Shown here: in pieces, positions 48,368 through 57,387 of the stretch
Position numbering within the stretch: the first letter of the stretch is position 1
How the letters are laid out: every line of letters begins with the position of its first letter
Source of the DNA: Candidatus Spongiisociaceae bacterium
GTDB taxonomy: Bacteria; Actinomycetota; Acidimicrobiia; Spongiisociales; Spongiisociaceae
DNA: 64,000 bases
Assembly (NCBI GenBank): GCA_965202665.1
Contig: OZ241841.1
Coordinates: forward strand, 1,472,001 to 1,536,000
Direction: 5' to 3'
Made by a program: the position numbers and the translations under genes
The notes under the pieces: model-generated
Seen by the model: only the letters and a program-made list of their open reading frames with translations
The model's database searches: none
Told to the model about the DNA's origin: nothing

Positions 48368-49477
48368 ATGTTGAGGGCGAAGATATTGTCGTTGCTGATT
48401 TTGTTGGTTGCTTTGATCTCCTGCGGCAAAGACCAAGGAGCCACTTTAGGGGTGGGGAGGGTCTATCTGGAAGAGGTGGTTCCGCCTTGTATTCCTACCC
48501 TTTCTGAGCCGGATCCTTGTCCAGTGGGTATGCCCATCAATACGAATCCTTCTTCATCTTCCCTTAAATATATGCGTAGTGTTCCCACTTTTCTTGAGAG
48601 ATTGGTCACTGACGACAGAAGTCTCTTGCTTGTTCCTCATATAGTGATAAGGGGAACTATGCTAACGGGTACGACTAGATGCGATAGATATCCTGCTATA
48701 GTACCTGATTATTTGGATATGCAATTATCGCCTGAAGGAACTTTTTACTGTTTTATCGATGTTGAGGTAAAAGAATATATTATTGGCGAAGGTCCAAAAA
48801 TTATACCTGTAATAATGTTTAGATCTAATCTATGGCCCTATGTAGATGATGAGGGTAATCGAACACAGGATGGTATTCTTTTTCTGGATAAAATGAAAGA
48901 AACTACCATACTAAGATACGAAGGTAAGGAAATGGTGCTATTTCTTAGCATTCCCTTCACGTTGGGCGTAGAGGCTTGGGGTACCATTGGAGGGGGGGAT
49001 AGGTGGTTTGTGCAACAGGCTGATGATGGGATTCGTGGTGTGGCGCAGAATATTTGGTTGGCGAGAAATGATGAGATGCGTAGCAAATTGAATTTGCCGT
49101 TGGATGAGTTGGTAGAAGGGATTAAGAAAGCCTCCCGGAAACGTGTTAGGATAACCGATGGGCGTATAGGAATCGATACTGATTTGCCTATGTTGGTGAC
49201 GGATGTTCATGACTTACGTGTTTTTTATACGACGGTCGGTGCTGTTTATGAAGGGGAGGGGGCTACAGTGTTGCCGCCGCCAGTTCCCGGGGAGGATGAT
49301 CCTGCTCCACCTACCATTCCGGTTAATGAAGAGACAGCTGGTTCGTCAGTACCGCTTCCAGGCGAAGAAACTAACACCCCTTCGTCGACCGATGACGCTG
49401 GAACAACCACCACCTCCACTTCCGTGTCTACTACTACTACTACTACTACCACCACCGAGGTGGCAGAATCTGCATGA
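48368..49477 (+). CDS. low-GC surface lipoprotein, copy 1 (Thr-rich tail)
   Basis: Signal peptide with lipobox ALISC; four further Cys; Pro/Thr-rich tail; paralog immediately downstream. Confidence 0.8.
   Translation: MLRAKILSLLILLVALISCGKDQGATLGVGRVYLEEVVPPCIPTLSEPDPCPVGMPINTNPSSSSLKYMRSVPTFLERLVTDDRSLLLVPHIVIRGTMLTGTTRCDRYPAIVPDYLDMQLSPEGTFYCFIDVEVKEYIIGEGPKIIPVIMFRSNLWPYVDDEGNRTQDGILFLDKMKETTILRYEGKEMVLFLSIPFTLGVEAWGTIGGGDRWFVQQADDGIRGVAQNIWLARNDEMRSKLNLPLDELVEGIKKASRKRVRITDGRIGIDTDLPMLVTDVHDLRVFYTTVGAVYEGEGATVLPPPVPGEDDPAPPTIPVNEETAGSSVPLPGEETNTPSSTDDAGTTTTSTSVSTTTTTTTTTEVAESA
49428..49448. repeat. (CTA)7 microsatellite encoding poly-Thr
   Basis: ctactactactactactacta within the copy 1 tail. 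Confidence 0.85.
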
Positions 49478-50475
49478 AAGGGGATATAATGGTTAGGGCA
49501 CCTATGTTGTTATTGTTAGTATTGTTGGTTGCTTTGATCTCCTGTGGCAAAGATCAGGGAGCCACTTTAGGGGCGGGGAGGGTCTATCTGGAAGAGGTGG
49601 TTCCGCCTTGTATTCCTACCCTTTCGGAGCCGGATCCTTGTCCAGTGGGTATGCCCATCCATACAAATACTTCTTCATCTTCTCTTAGTTATATGGAAAG
49701 TGTCCCTACTTTTCTTGAGAGATTGGTTACTGACAACGAAAGCCTTTTGCTTGTTCCTCATATAGTGATAAGGGGAACTATGCTAACAGGTACGACTAGA
49801 TGCGATAGATATCCTGATATAATACCTGATTATTTGGATCTGCCACTATTACCTGCTGGTATCTTTTACTGTTTTATCGATGTTGAGGTAAAGGAATATG
49901 TCATTGGTGAAGGCCCAAAAATTATACCTGTAATAATGTATAGAAATAATCTACTTGGCTATATATTTGAACGGGGCTATATAGATGATGAAGGTAAACT
50001 GACACAGGATGGTATTCTTTTTCTAGACAAAAAGAAAGAAGATACTATACTTAAGTACGAAGGTAAGGAAATGGTGCTATTTCTTAGTATTCCGTTCACG
50101 TTGGGTGTGGAGGCTTGGGGTACCATTGGAGGGGGGGATAGGTGGTTTGTGCAACAGGCTGATGATGGGATTCGTGCTGTGGCGCAAAATATTTGGTTGG
50201 CGAGAAATGATGAGATGCGTAGCAAATTGAATTTGCCGTTGGATGAGTTGGTAGAAGGGATCAAGAAAGCCTCCCGGCAACGTGTTAGGATAACCGATGG
50301 ACGTATAGGAATCGATACTGATTTGCCTATGTTGGTGACGGATGTTCACGACTTACGTGTTTTTTATACGACGGTCGGTGCTGTTTATGAGGGAGAGGGT
50401 GCTACAGTGTTGCCGCCCCCTGTCCCCGGGGAGGAATCGACGAATACGGCTGCCGCATCTGTAGTTGAGAGTTAA
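49474..50475 (+). CDS. low-GC surface lipoprotein, copy 2
   Basis: Lipobox ALISC; near-identical to copy 1 but without the long Thr-rich tail; start may be 49489. Confidence 0.8.
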   Translation: MKGDIMVRAPMLLLLVLLVALISCGKDQGATLGAGRVYLEEVVPPCIPTLSEPDPCPVGMPIHTNTSSSSLSYMESVPTFLERLVTDNESLLLVPHIVIRGTMLTGTTRCDRYPDIIPDYLDLPLLPAGIFYCFIDVEVKEYVIGEGPKIIPVIMYRNNLLGYIFERGYIDDEGKLTQDGILFLDKKKEDTILKYEGKEMVLFLSIPFTLGVEAWGTIGGGDRWFVQQADDGIRAVAQNIWLARNDEMRSKLNLPLDELVEGIKKASRQRVRITDGRIGIDTDLPMLVTDVHDLRVFYTTVGAVYEGEGATVLPPPVPGEESTNTAAASVVES

Positions 50476-51578
50476 GATACTACTTTCATCATGGTGCTTT
50501 GGCCGGGGGCGGTGCGCACTCGTCGGTAGCCGAGCAGGGCTGGGTCGGGTTCTTCTACGCCGGTGTCCACTCGCAACACGGGCGGGTCCAGGCTCCGCAG
50601 TTTTTCCTCGCTGGCCAGAATTATCACATTGTCCTCCCCCACCCGCCTGATGACCGCCGGGCTCAGTTGCTGGTTGCCCCGCCCCAGCAGGAACCCCTGG
50701 CCTCCGATGACCCCCAGGATTATGGTCGCTTCCCGTCCCTCCGCCAACAGTTCCAGCAATCGGGCCTCGGACGCATCCCGGGCCGCCAGCCTCCCGTCCG
50801 CTACCGCATCCACCCCCGCCGTCGTCCCTTCCAAACCCAGATGCTGCATCACCAAGCCGACGGTGGCCCCCGGCCCCAAAATGTAGAGGCGGCCCGCCTC
50901 CATCGCCCCGGCTATCTCCGCGCACAGCAGATCCAAGAGGCGGTCGTCCCCCGCAGGAGAGGCCGCCTTGCCGGACTGCAGAAGCCCCCGCGCATAGGGG
51001 ACGGAGGCCAGCACAAACCCGCCCACCTCCCCGCTGTCGGGTGAAACGTCCAACACTTCCCTTTTCCGCAACGAAGTCCCGCCGGGGTCTTTTAGAAACC
51101 GGGCGGCCAGCTCCCCGGCCGCCTCCGGGGCGCCTCCGAACACCGCGGAATGCATTTTCACCCCGGTCGGAATCCCCAGCAACGGCGTCCGGCAACCGAC
51201 CGCCTCCGCAATGTCGCGGGCCGTCCCGTCCCCCCCGGCGAACAGGATCAGGTCGGCCCCCGCCTCCTGCATGGCCCGGGCCGCGGCCTGCGTGTCCCCC
51301 CGGGTGGTCGGAGCGGACGGGGGCGGCCCCGCCGTCTCCGCTTCCCACCCCAGCGACCGGACGATGTCCTCTCCCATCGGCCCGCCGGCGGCCAGCACCC
51401 GCGCCCCCGGCGCCGCCCCCAGCCGGCGCAATCCCCGCACCGCCCGTTTGCCGGCGATGGGGACCGCCCCCAAAGCCTCCGCCCGGCGCCGGGCGTCCCC
51501 GTCGGTGCCGTGCAATCCGACCGAGCCGCCCATGCCTGCGATGGGGTTGATGATCACCCCCAGAATCTTGGAACTCAT
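50472..51578 (-). CDS. ATP-NAD kinase-like (AcoX/COG3199-type) protein
   Basis: INPIAGMGG, AGGDGTARD, GIPTGVKMHSAVF, GGQGFLLGRGNQQ, LRVDTG. Confidence 0.85.
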   Translation of the reverse strand: MSSKILGVIINPIAGMGGSVGLHGTDGDARRRAEALGAVPIAGKRAVRGLRRLGAAPGARVLAAGGPMGEDIVRSLGWEAETAGPPPSAPTTRGDTQAAARAMQEAGADLILFAGGDGTARDIAEAVGCRTPLLGIPTGVKMHSAVFGGAPEAAGELAARFLKDPGGTSLRKREVLDVSPDSGEVGGFVLASVPYARGLLQSGKAASPAGDDRLLDLLCAEIAGAMEAGRLYILGPGATVGLVMQHLGLEGTTAGVDAVADGRLAARDASEARLLELLAEGREATIILGVIGGQGFLLGRGNQQLSPAVIRRVGEDNVIILASEEKLRSLDPPVLRVDTGVEEPDPALLGYRRVRTAPGQSTMMKVVS

Positions 51579-51700
51579 ACCGGCCAGATTTTAGAAACAA
51601 GGCCCGTCCCGCCGCCCTAAAATCAAAACCGGGCGCCCTTCGCCCCCCAAAGGCTGTACGATGATTCCCGAGCCCGGCCCGCTGTCCGTGTAGGAGGCCC

Positions 51701-53098
51701 ATGACCAAAGCCCATCCCTATATGGCCAACTCCACCGAGCAGGCCAAACGTCGTATGTTGGACGCCATCGGCGTAACCGACGCCGACCGCCTGTTCGAAC
51801 AAATCCCCGCCGACCACATCACCTCCCGGCCTTTCCAACTGCCGGAGCCCCTCACCTCCGAGGTGGAACTGAAACGCCATCTGAGCGACCTGCTCGGCCA
51901 AAACAGAACCTGCGGGGACAACCTCAACTTCCTCGGGGCCGGGGTGTGGCAACATCACGTGCCCGCCGTATGCGATGAAATATGGACCCGCAGTGAATTT
52001 CTGACTTCGGTGTGGGGCACCCCCTCCTCCGACCTGGGCCGCAACCAGGCCTGGTTCGAATTCGCCAGCCAACTGGGGGAACTGTTGGGGATGGAATTCG
52101 TCGGCCTGCCGGTTTACAGCTGGGGGGCGGCGACGGGCCACGCCCTGCGCATGGCGGCCCGCATCACCGGCCGCCGCCGGGTTTTGGTTTCCGACCTGAT
52201 GGACCCGCAACGGCTGGCGGTGGCGCGAACCTACGCCGGCTTTCCCGAACTGCGCGGCCATTTGGAAATAGTCCCGGTGGCCTCCGATTTGGCGACCGGC
52301 CGCTTGGACCTGGCCGACTTGGAGCGCAAACTGGACGGGGAGACGGCCGCCGTCTACTTCGAAACCCCTTCCTATTTGGGGGTTATAGAAGACCAGGCGG
52401 CCCTGATCTCCGCCGTCGCCCGCCGGGCCGGCGCGGAAACGGTGGTGGGAGTGGATCCCGTTTCACTGGGGGTTTTGGCCCCTCCCGCCGCATATGGGGC
52501 CGATATCGCGGTCGGTTCCACCCAGCCGCTCGGAGTCCATATGAACGGCGGAGGCGGGGTGGGCGGTTTCATCGCCACCCGCGACGAAGAACGTTACGCC
52601 CGCCAATACCCCACCCTGCAGGTGAGCATCACCGACACTTTGGCCCCGGGGGAGCGGGGCTTCGGCCTGACCCTGTTCGCCCAGAGCTCCTACGGGTCCC
52701 GGGAGGAAGGCAAAGACTGGACCGGCAATTCGGTTTACCTGTGGACGGTGGCCAACGCGGTCTACATGTCGGTTCTCGGCCCGGAAGGATTCCGGGAACT
52801 GGGCCGGGCGGTCCTGCATGGCAGCCACTACGCCGCCCGCCGCCTGGCCCGGCTCCCCAACGTGACGGTGCGCTGGCCGTCCGGTTTCTTCAAAGAGTTC
52901 GTGGTCGGGTTCGATCGGACGGGACGTTCGACGGCGGAAATCAACCGGGATCTTCTCCGCCGGGGGATTTTCGGAGGCAAAGACTTAAGCGCCGACTTCC
53001 CCCAGCTGGGGCAGAGCGCCCTGTATTGCGTGACCGAAGTCCACACCCGGGCCGACCTGGACCGCCTGGCGGAGGCTTTGGGGGAGGTGACCGGCTGA
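51701..53098 (+). CDS. divergent glycine dehydrogenase (decarboxylating) subunit A-like protein
   Basis: HPY, FLGAG..HHVP, RSEFLT, QPLG, KEFVV, CVTE are GcvPA-like, but YTPYQPE and REQHIRR are replaced. Confidence 0.85.
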   Translation: MTKAHPYMANSTEQAKRRMLDAIGVTDADRLFEQIPADHITSRPFQLPEPLTSEVELKRHLSDLLGQNRTCGDNLNFLGAGVWQHHVPAVCDEIWTRSEFLTSVWGTPSSDLGRNQAWFEFASQLGELLGMEFVGLPVYSWGAATGHALRMAARITGRRRVLVSDLMDPQRLAVARTYAGFPELRGHLEIVPVASDLATGRLDLADLERKLDGETAAVYFETPSYLGVIEDQAALISAVARRAGAETVVGVDPVSLGVLAPPAAYGADIAVGSTQPLGVHMNGGGGVGGFIATRDEERYARQYPTLQVSITDTLAPGERGFGLTLFAQSSYGSREEGKDWTGNSVYLWTVANAVYMSVLGPEGFRELGRAVLHGSHYAARRLARLPNVTVRWPSGFFKEFVVGFDRTGRSTAEINRDLLRRGIFGGKDLSADFPQLGQSALYCVTEVHTRADLDRLAEALGEVTG

Positions 53099-54648
53099 TG
53101 GCGGACAACGGCCTGCGCCGCTACCACGCCGCGGTGTGGGACGAACCGCTGGTGATGGAACTGGGGGCCCCCGGCCGCCGGGGGACGATATTCCCCGAAC
53201 CCGACCCGGAAATGTCGCGGACCATGGGGGCGGCGGAAGACCTGATCCCGCCCGCCGCCCGCCGCCGGGACGCCCCGCAACTGCCGGAACTGTCGGAGCC
53301 GGAAGCCCTGCGGCATTATCTGCATCTGTCGCAGCAGGTGCTGGGGATGATGGGGATCAGCCTGTTCGGAACGTGCACTATGAAATACAACCCCCGGGTG
53401 ACCGAAGCCCTCGCCCGTTCCCCGTGGGTGGCCGACACCCATCCCGACCAGGACCCGCAAACCCTGACCGGCACCCTGGCCGTCATCCGCGGGTTGGACC
53501 TGATGTTGCGGGAGTTGACCGGGATGGACCAGTTCGTTTTCCAGCCGGGCGGGGGGGCGGACGCCGCTTTCCTGCACGCAACGGTAACCAGGGCCTACCA
53601 CCAAGCCCGCGGCGATCTGGCGCAGCGAACGGAGATTATCACCACCGCCCAAGCCCATCCTTGCAACCCGGCCGCCGCCGCCGCCGCCGGTTTCGACGTG
53701 GTAACCCTTCCTTTAGAGGAGGAAGGGTTCGCCTCGGTGGAGGCCCTGCGGGCCGCCGTTTCCGACCGCACCGCCGCCCTGATGGTCAACAATCCGGACG
53801 ACATCGGAATCTACAACCCGCATATCCGGGAATGGGTGGAAATAGTGCACCGGGCGGGCGGGCTGTGCTTCTACGACCACGCCAACTTCAACGGGGTGAT
53901 GGGGCGCATCCGGGCCGCCGAGTTGGGTTTCGACGCCTGCATGATGATGTTGCATAAAACCTTCGGGGCCCCCAAAGCGGGGGGCGGGCCGGCGGTGGGG
54001 GCTTACGGTTGCCGGGCCGAGTTGGTTCCCCATCTGACCGCCCCGATAGTGGAGGAAAGCGGGGACGGGTATGAAATCCGCATTCCCGGGCCGGAGGCCC
54101 GCACCGGGGTCAGGGAGTTTTTGGGCAACGTTCCGGTGATCGTCAAAGCCTACGCCTGGTTGCGGGCCATGGGGGCGGAGGGGGTGCGGGAGGCGGCCGA
54201 CCTGTCGCTTCTGGCCAACAACTACATGGAAACCCGCCTGCTGGCCATCCCCGGCGTGTCCAAAGCCCTGCCCCATTTGACCAAACAGCGGATGGAGATG
54301 ACCCGCTACAGCCTGGGGGAGTTGACCGAGGAGACCGGGGTCACCACAGTCGATGTGCAGAACCGGATGGTGGACTACGGGGTGGACGCCTATTGGATGA
54401 GCCACGAACCGTGGTTCGTTCCCGAGCCTTTCACCCCCGAGGCGGGGGAGATGTGGCCTTTGGAGGATTTGGACTACTGGGTGGACGTCATCGAACAAAT
54501 CTGCCGGGAGGCCCGCACCGACCCGGAACTGGTGAAGACCGCCCCCCACAATCACCCCATCCGCCGGGTGACGGGGACCAACCTGGACGACCCGGACGGC
54601 TGGGCTACCACTTGGCGGGCCCATCGGCGCAAACATCGTCCGGACTGA
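53098..54648 (+). CDS. divergent glycine dehydrogenase (decarboxylating) subunit B-like PLP protein
   Basis: LPELSE, RHY, GTCTMKYNP, YDHANFN, LHKTF (PLP Lys), ANNY, KTAPH; true start is ATG 53098 overlapping the upstream stop. Confidence 0.88.
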   Translation: MADNGLRRYHAAVWDEPLVMELGAPGRRGTIFPEPDPEMSRTMGAAEDLIPPAARRRDAPQLPELSEPEALRHYLHLSQQVLGMMGISLFGTCTMKYNPRVTEALARSPWVADTHPDQDPQTLTGTLAVIRGLDLMLRELTGMDQFVFQPGGGADAAFLHATVTRAYHQARGDLAQRTEIITTAQAHPCNPAAAAAAGFDVVTLPLEEEGFASVEALRAAVSDRTAALMVNNPDDIGIYNPHIREWVEIVHRAGGLCFYDHANFNGVMGRIRAAELGFDACMMMLHKTFGAPKAGGGPAVGAYGCRAELVPHLTAPIVEESGDGYEIRIPGPEARTGVREFLGNVPVIVKAYAWLRAMGAEGVREAADLSLLANNYMETRLLAIPGVSKALPHLTKQRMEMTRYSLGELTEETGVTTVDVQNRMVDYGVDAYWMSHEPWFVPEPFTPEAGEMWPLEDLDYWVDVIEQICREARTDPELVKTAPHNHPIRRVTGTNLDDPDGWATTWRAHRRKHRPD

Positions 54649-54657
54649 GGGGCCCCG

Positions 54658-56409
54658 GTGCGGGTGGAAATACCGGGGGTGGGGAAGCCCGCCGGGGAAG
54701 TGGGTTTCACTTTCGGGGGACGGGCGGTGGCGGCCCGCCCCGGGCTTTCCCTGGCCGCCGCCCTGACCGAAGCCGGGTTTTCGGACATGGGGGAGGCCGG
54801 GGACGGGCGGGGGCGGGGGTTGTTCTGCGGGATGGGGGCGTGCGGCGAATGCGCGGTGACGGTGGACGGGACCCCCGGCCGGTTGGCTTGCATGATTCCG
54901 GTGCGGGAAGGGATGGCGGTGGAGCGCCAACCGGCCCTCCTTCCCCCGCCCGCCGCCGCAGCCGGCCCCGGAGATGAATGGGAGCAACGGCGGATGGCCC
55001 CCGCCGTGCTGGTGGTGGGGGGCGGCCCGGCCGGTTTGTCCGCCGCTTCGGCGGCGGCCGAGGCGGGGGCGGAGACGGTCCTCATCGACGAACGTCCCTA
55101 CCTGGGGGGTCAGTTTTACAAGCAGCCTTCTCCGGAAAGCCCGGTCGATCGGAGGCGGCTGGACTCCCAGTTCCGGCGGGGAGGGAAGTTGATGGAAAGG
55201 GCCCGCCGAGCCGGGGTGCGCATCCTCAACGGGGTGAGCGTGTGGGGGGCGTTCCCACCGGGACTGCTGTTGGCCCACGGGCCGGGAACGGCTTGGACTT
55301 TGCGCCCGCAACGGCTGGTGTTGGCGGTGGGGGCGCGGGAGAGGGGGGTTCCCATTCCGGGGTGGACCCTGCCGGGGGTGATGACCGCCGGGGCCGCCCA
55401 GACCCTATTGCGCTCCCACCAGACCGCCCCCGGACGGCGGGTGCTGCTGTCCGGGACCGGCCCCCTCAACATGCAGGTGGCGGCCGAGTTGGCCCGGGCC
55501 GGAGTGGAGGTGGCGGCGGTGGCGGAGCAGGCCGACCTGCGCTGGCCGCGCAACCTGGCCGCCGGGGCGCGGATGCTGGCCGCCTCCCCGGCCCTGGTAG
55601 GCAAAGGCTTCGCCTACCGGGCGGCCCTGGCCCGGCGCCGCATACCGGTGTTGGACCGCACTTCGGTGGTGGAAATCCGGGGGGAGGGCCGGGTGGCGGG
55701 GGCGGTGACCGCCCGGTTGGACGAAAACGGCGCCCCCCTGCCCGGAACGGAACTGGAACACGAGGCGGAGGCGGTTTGCCTGGGGTACGGGTTCGTTCCC
55801 GGAACGGAACTGGCCCGGGCCCTGGGTTGCCGCCACCGGGTGGAGCCGGAAAGCGGCTTGCTGGTTACCGTTCGCACCCCGGCGGGGCGCACCACCGCCC
55901 CGGGGGTGTGGGCGGTGGGGGACGCGGGGGGGATAGAAGGGGCTTATGCGGCGGAGGCCATGGGGGAGGCCGCCGGGTGGGACGTGGTGGCCGATATGGG
56001 GATGTCCCCCCCCGGCGGGGGGGCCGGGCGGCGGAGGGCGGGGCGGCGACTGCGCCGTCACCTGGCTTTTCAGCGGGGCCTGCGCCGCCTTTACCGGGCG
56101 CCTCCCCTGACCGTTCAGTTGGCCGATGACCGAACCATCGTCTGCCGGTGCGAGTCGGTGGAGTTGCGAGCCGCGCGCCGGGCCTTCTCCGACTCGGAGG
56201 GGGCCGGGTCGGCGGGCGCCGCCAAGCGGCTCACCCGGGTGGGAATGGGCCAATGCCAGGGCCGTCTATGCGGGCCGGTAATGGACGAGTTGGCGGAGCG
56301 GGCGGGGGGCGTCCCCCGGGGCGAGTTCACCGGTTTCGCCCCCCAGCCGCCGGTGCGCCCGGTGGAAATCTCCCGGCTGGCGGCCTCCGCGCCTCCTCCG
56401 GATTGGTAG
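54658..56409 (+). CDS. fused 2Fe-2S / FAD-dependent oxidoreductase / BFD-like protein (HcnA+HcnB / OoxA-like)
   Basis: FCGMGACGEC...LAC, VGGGPAG, PGWTLPGV, GTGPL, CRCE, GMGQCQGRLC. Confidence 0.87.
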   Translation: MRVEIPGVGKPAGEVGFTFGGRAVAARPGLSLAAALTEAGFSDMGEAGDGRGRGLFCGMGACGECAVTVDGTPGRLACMIPVREGMAVERQPALLPPPAAAAGPGDEWEQRRMAPAVLVVGGGPAGLSAASAAAEAGAETVLIDERPYLGGQFYKQPSPESPVDRRRLDSQFRRGGKLMERARRAGVRILNGVSVWGAFPPGLLLAHGPGTAWTLRPQRLVLAVGARERGVPIPGWTLPGVMTAGAAQTLLRSHQTAPGRRVLLSGTGPLNMQVAAELARAGVEVAAVAEQADLRWPRNLAAGARMLAASPALVGKGFAYRAALARRRIPVLDRTSVVEIRGEGRVAGAVTARLDENGAPLPGTELEHEAEAVCLGYGFVPGTELARALGCRHRVEPESGLLVTVRTPAGRTTAPGVWAVGDAGGIEGAYAAEAMGEAAGWDVVADMGMSPPGGGAGRRRAGRRLRRHLAFQRGLRRLYRAPPLTVQLADDRTIVCRCESVELRAARRAFSDSEGAGSAGAAKRLTRVGMGQCQGRLCGPVMDELAERAGGVPRGEFTGFAPQPPVRPVEISRLAASAPPPDW

Positions 56410-56436
56410 ATTGTCCGAATGACGATGGGAGGAAAA

Positions 56437-57371
56437 TGACCAAAGAGTTTCGCGGCAGCTACACGGTTTCGGTTACCCCGTTCACCGAGGACGGGTCGGC
56501 CATCGACGTCGGCGCCCTCAAAAACTTTCTGGACTGGCAGTTGCAGGCCGGGGTGCCGGGGATCATCGCCTTGGGCAGCACCGGCGAGTTCCTGACCGTT
56601 GATGACGAGGAGCGGCGGCTGGTGGTGGAAACCTATGTGAACCACATCGACGGGCGCATCCCGGTGCTGATCGGAACGATGAACGCCCACACCCCCAACG
56701 CGGTGCGCTACAGCCGCCAAGCCCAAGATTTGGGGGCGGACGGGGTGATGATCATCCCCCCCTACTATTACACTCCCACCGAGGACGAAATTTTCAACTA
56801 CTACGCGGCCATCGACCGGGCCATTTCCATCCCGGTGATGCTTTACAACAACCCGGTCACCTCCAATGTGGACATGTCGGCGCAGCTGGTGGCCCGCCTG
56901 TGCCGGGAGTTGGAAACCGTGCAGTACATTAAAGAGTCCAGCCTGGATTTGGCCCGGGTGCGGGATGTGATCGAGGTGTCCGAGGGGGAAATGAAAGTGT
57001 TCGCCGGGGAGCGGATCGTGGACTCGTTTCTGCTGGGGGCCATCGGATACGTCAACCCCTACGGCAACTACATCCCGGTCGCCTCCCACCGCATCTTCGA
57101 CTTGCTGGAGGCGGGTCGGATCGACGACGCGTTGGCGGTGCAACGGCTGATTGACCGCATCGACCACATTATCGCCGCCGGCCATCCCACTTACGGCCAC
57201 CAGTGCTACTCCAAGGCTTTGGCGGCCGCGGTCGGCTATCCGATGGGCGATGTGCGCGCCCCGCTCACCCGTTTCCCGGAGTTGGGGGAGGAGGGACGGC
57301 GGCGGACGGCGGAAATCAAAGGCTTGATGGAGGAGCTGGACGGGCTTACCGCCTCGTTGGGAATCGGCTGA
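56437..57371 (+). CDS. dihydrodipicolinate synthase (DapA) family lyase/deaminase
   Basis: VTPF, GSTGE, PPYY, LYNNP, Schiff-base Lys in IKESS; start at MTKEF after GGAGG. Confidence 0.87.
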
Positions 57372-57387
57372 CCCCCGGGCCGGGGGC

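Noticed and set aside
49428-49448. Phase-variation switch
   Set aside because: A triplet repeat changes only the Thr tract length, not the reading frame.
48368-50475. Diversity-generating retroelement TR/VR pair
   Set aside because: No reverse transcriptase in the window, both copies are full genes, and differences include synonymous C/T changes (GTC/GTT, TCC/TCT, GGC/GGT) rather than adenine-only substitutions.
52012-54648. 878 aa ORF as a GcvP fusion or frameshift product
   Set aside because: The first 362 codons are a shadow frame of the gcvPA-like gene; the real subunit B starts at ATG 53098 with an RBS and stop-start overlap.
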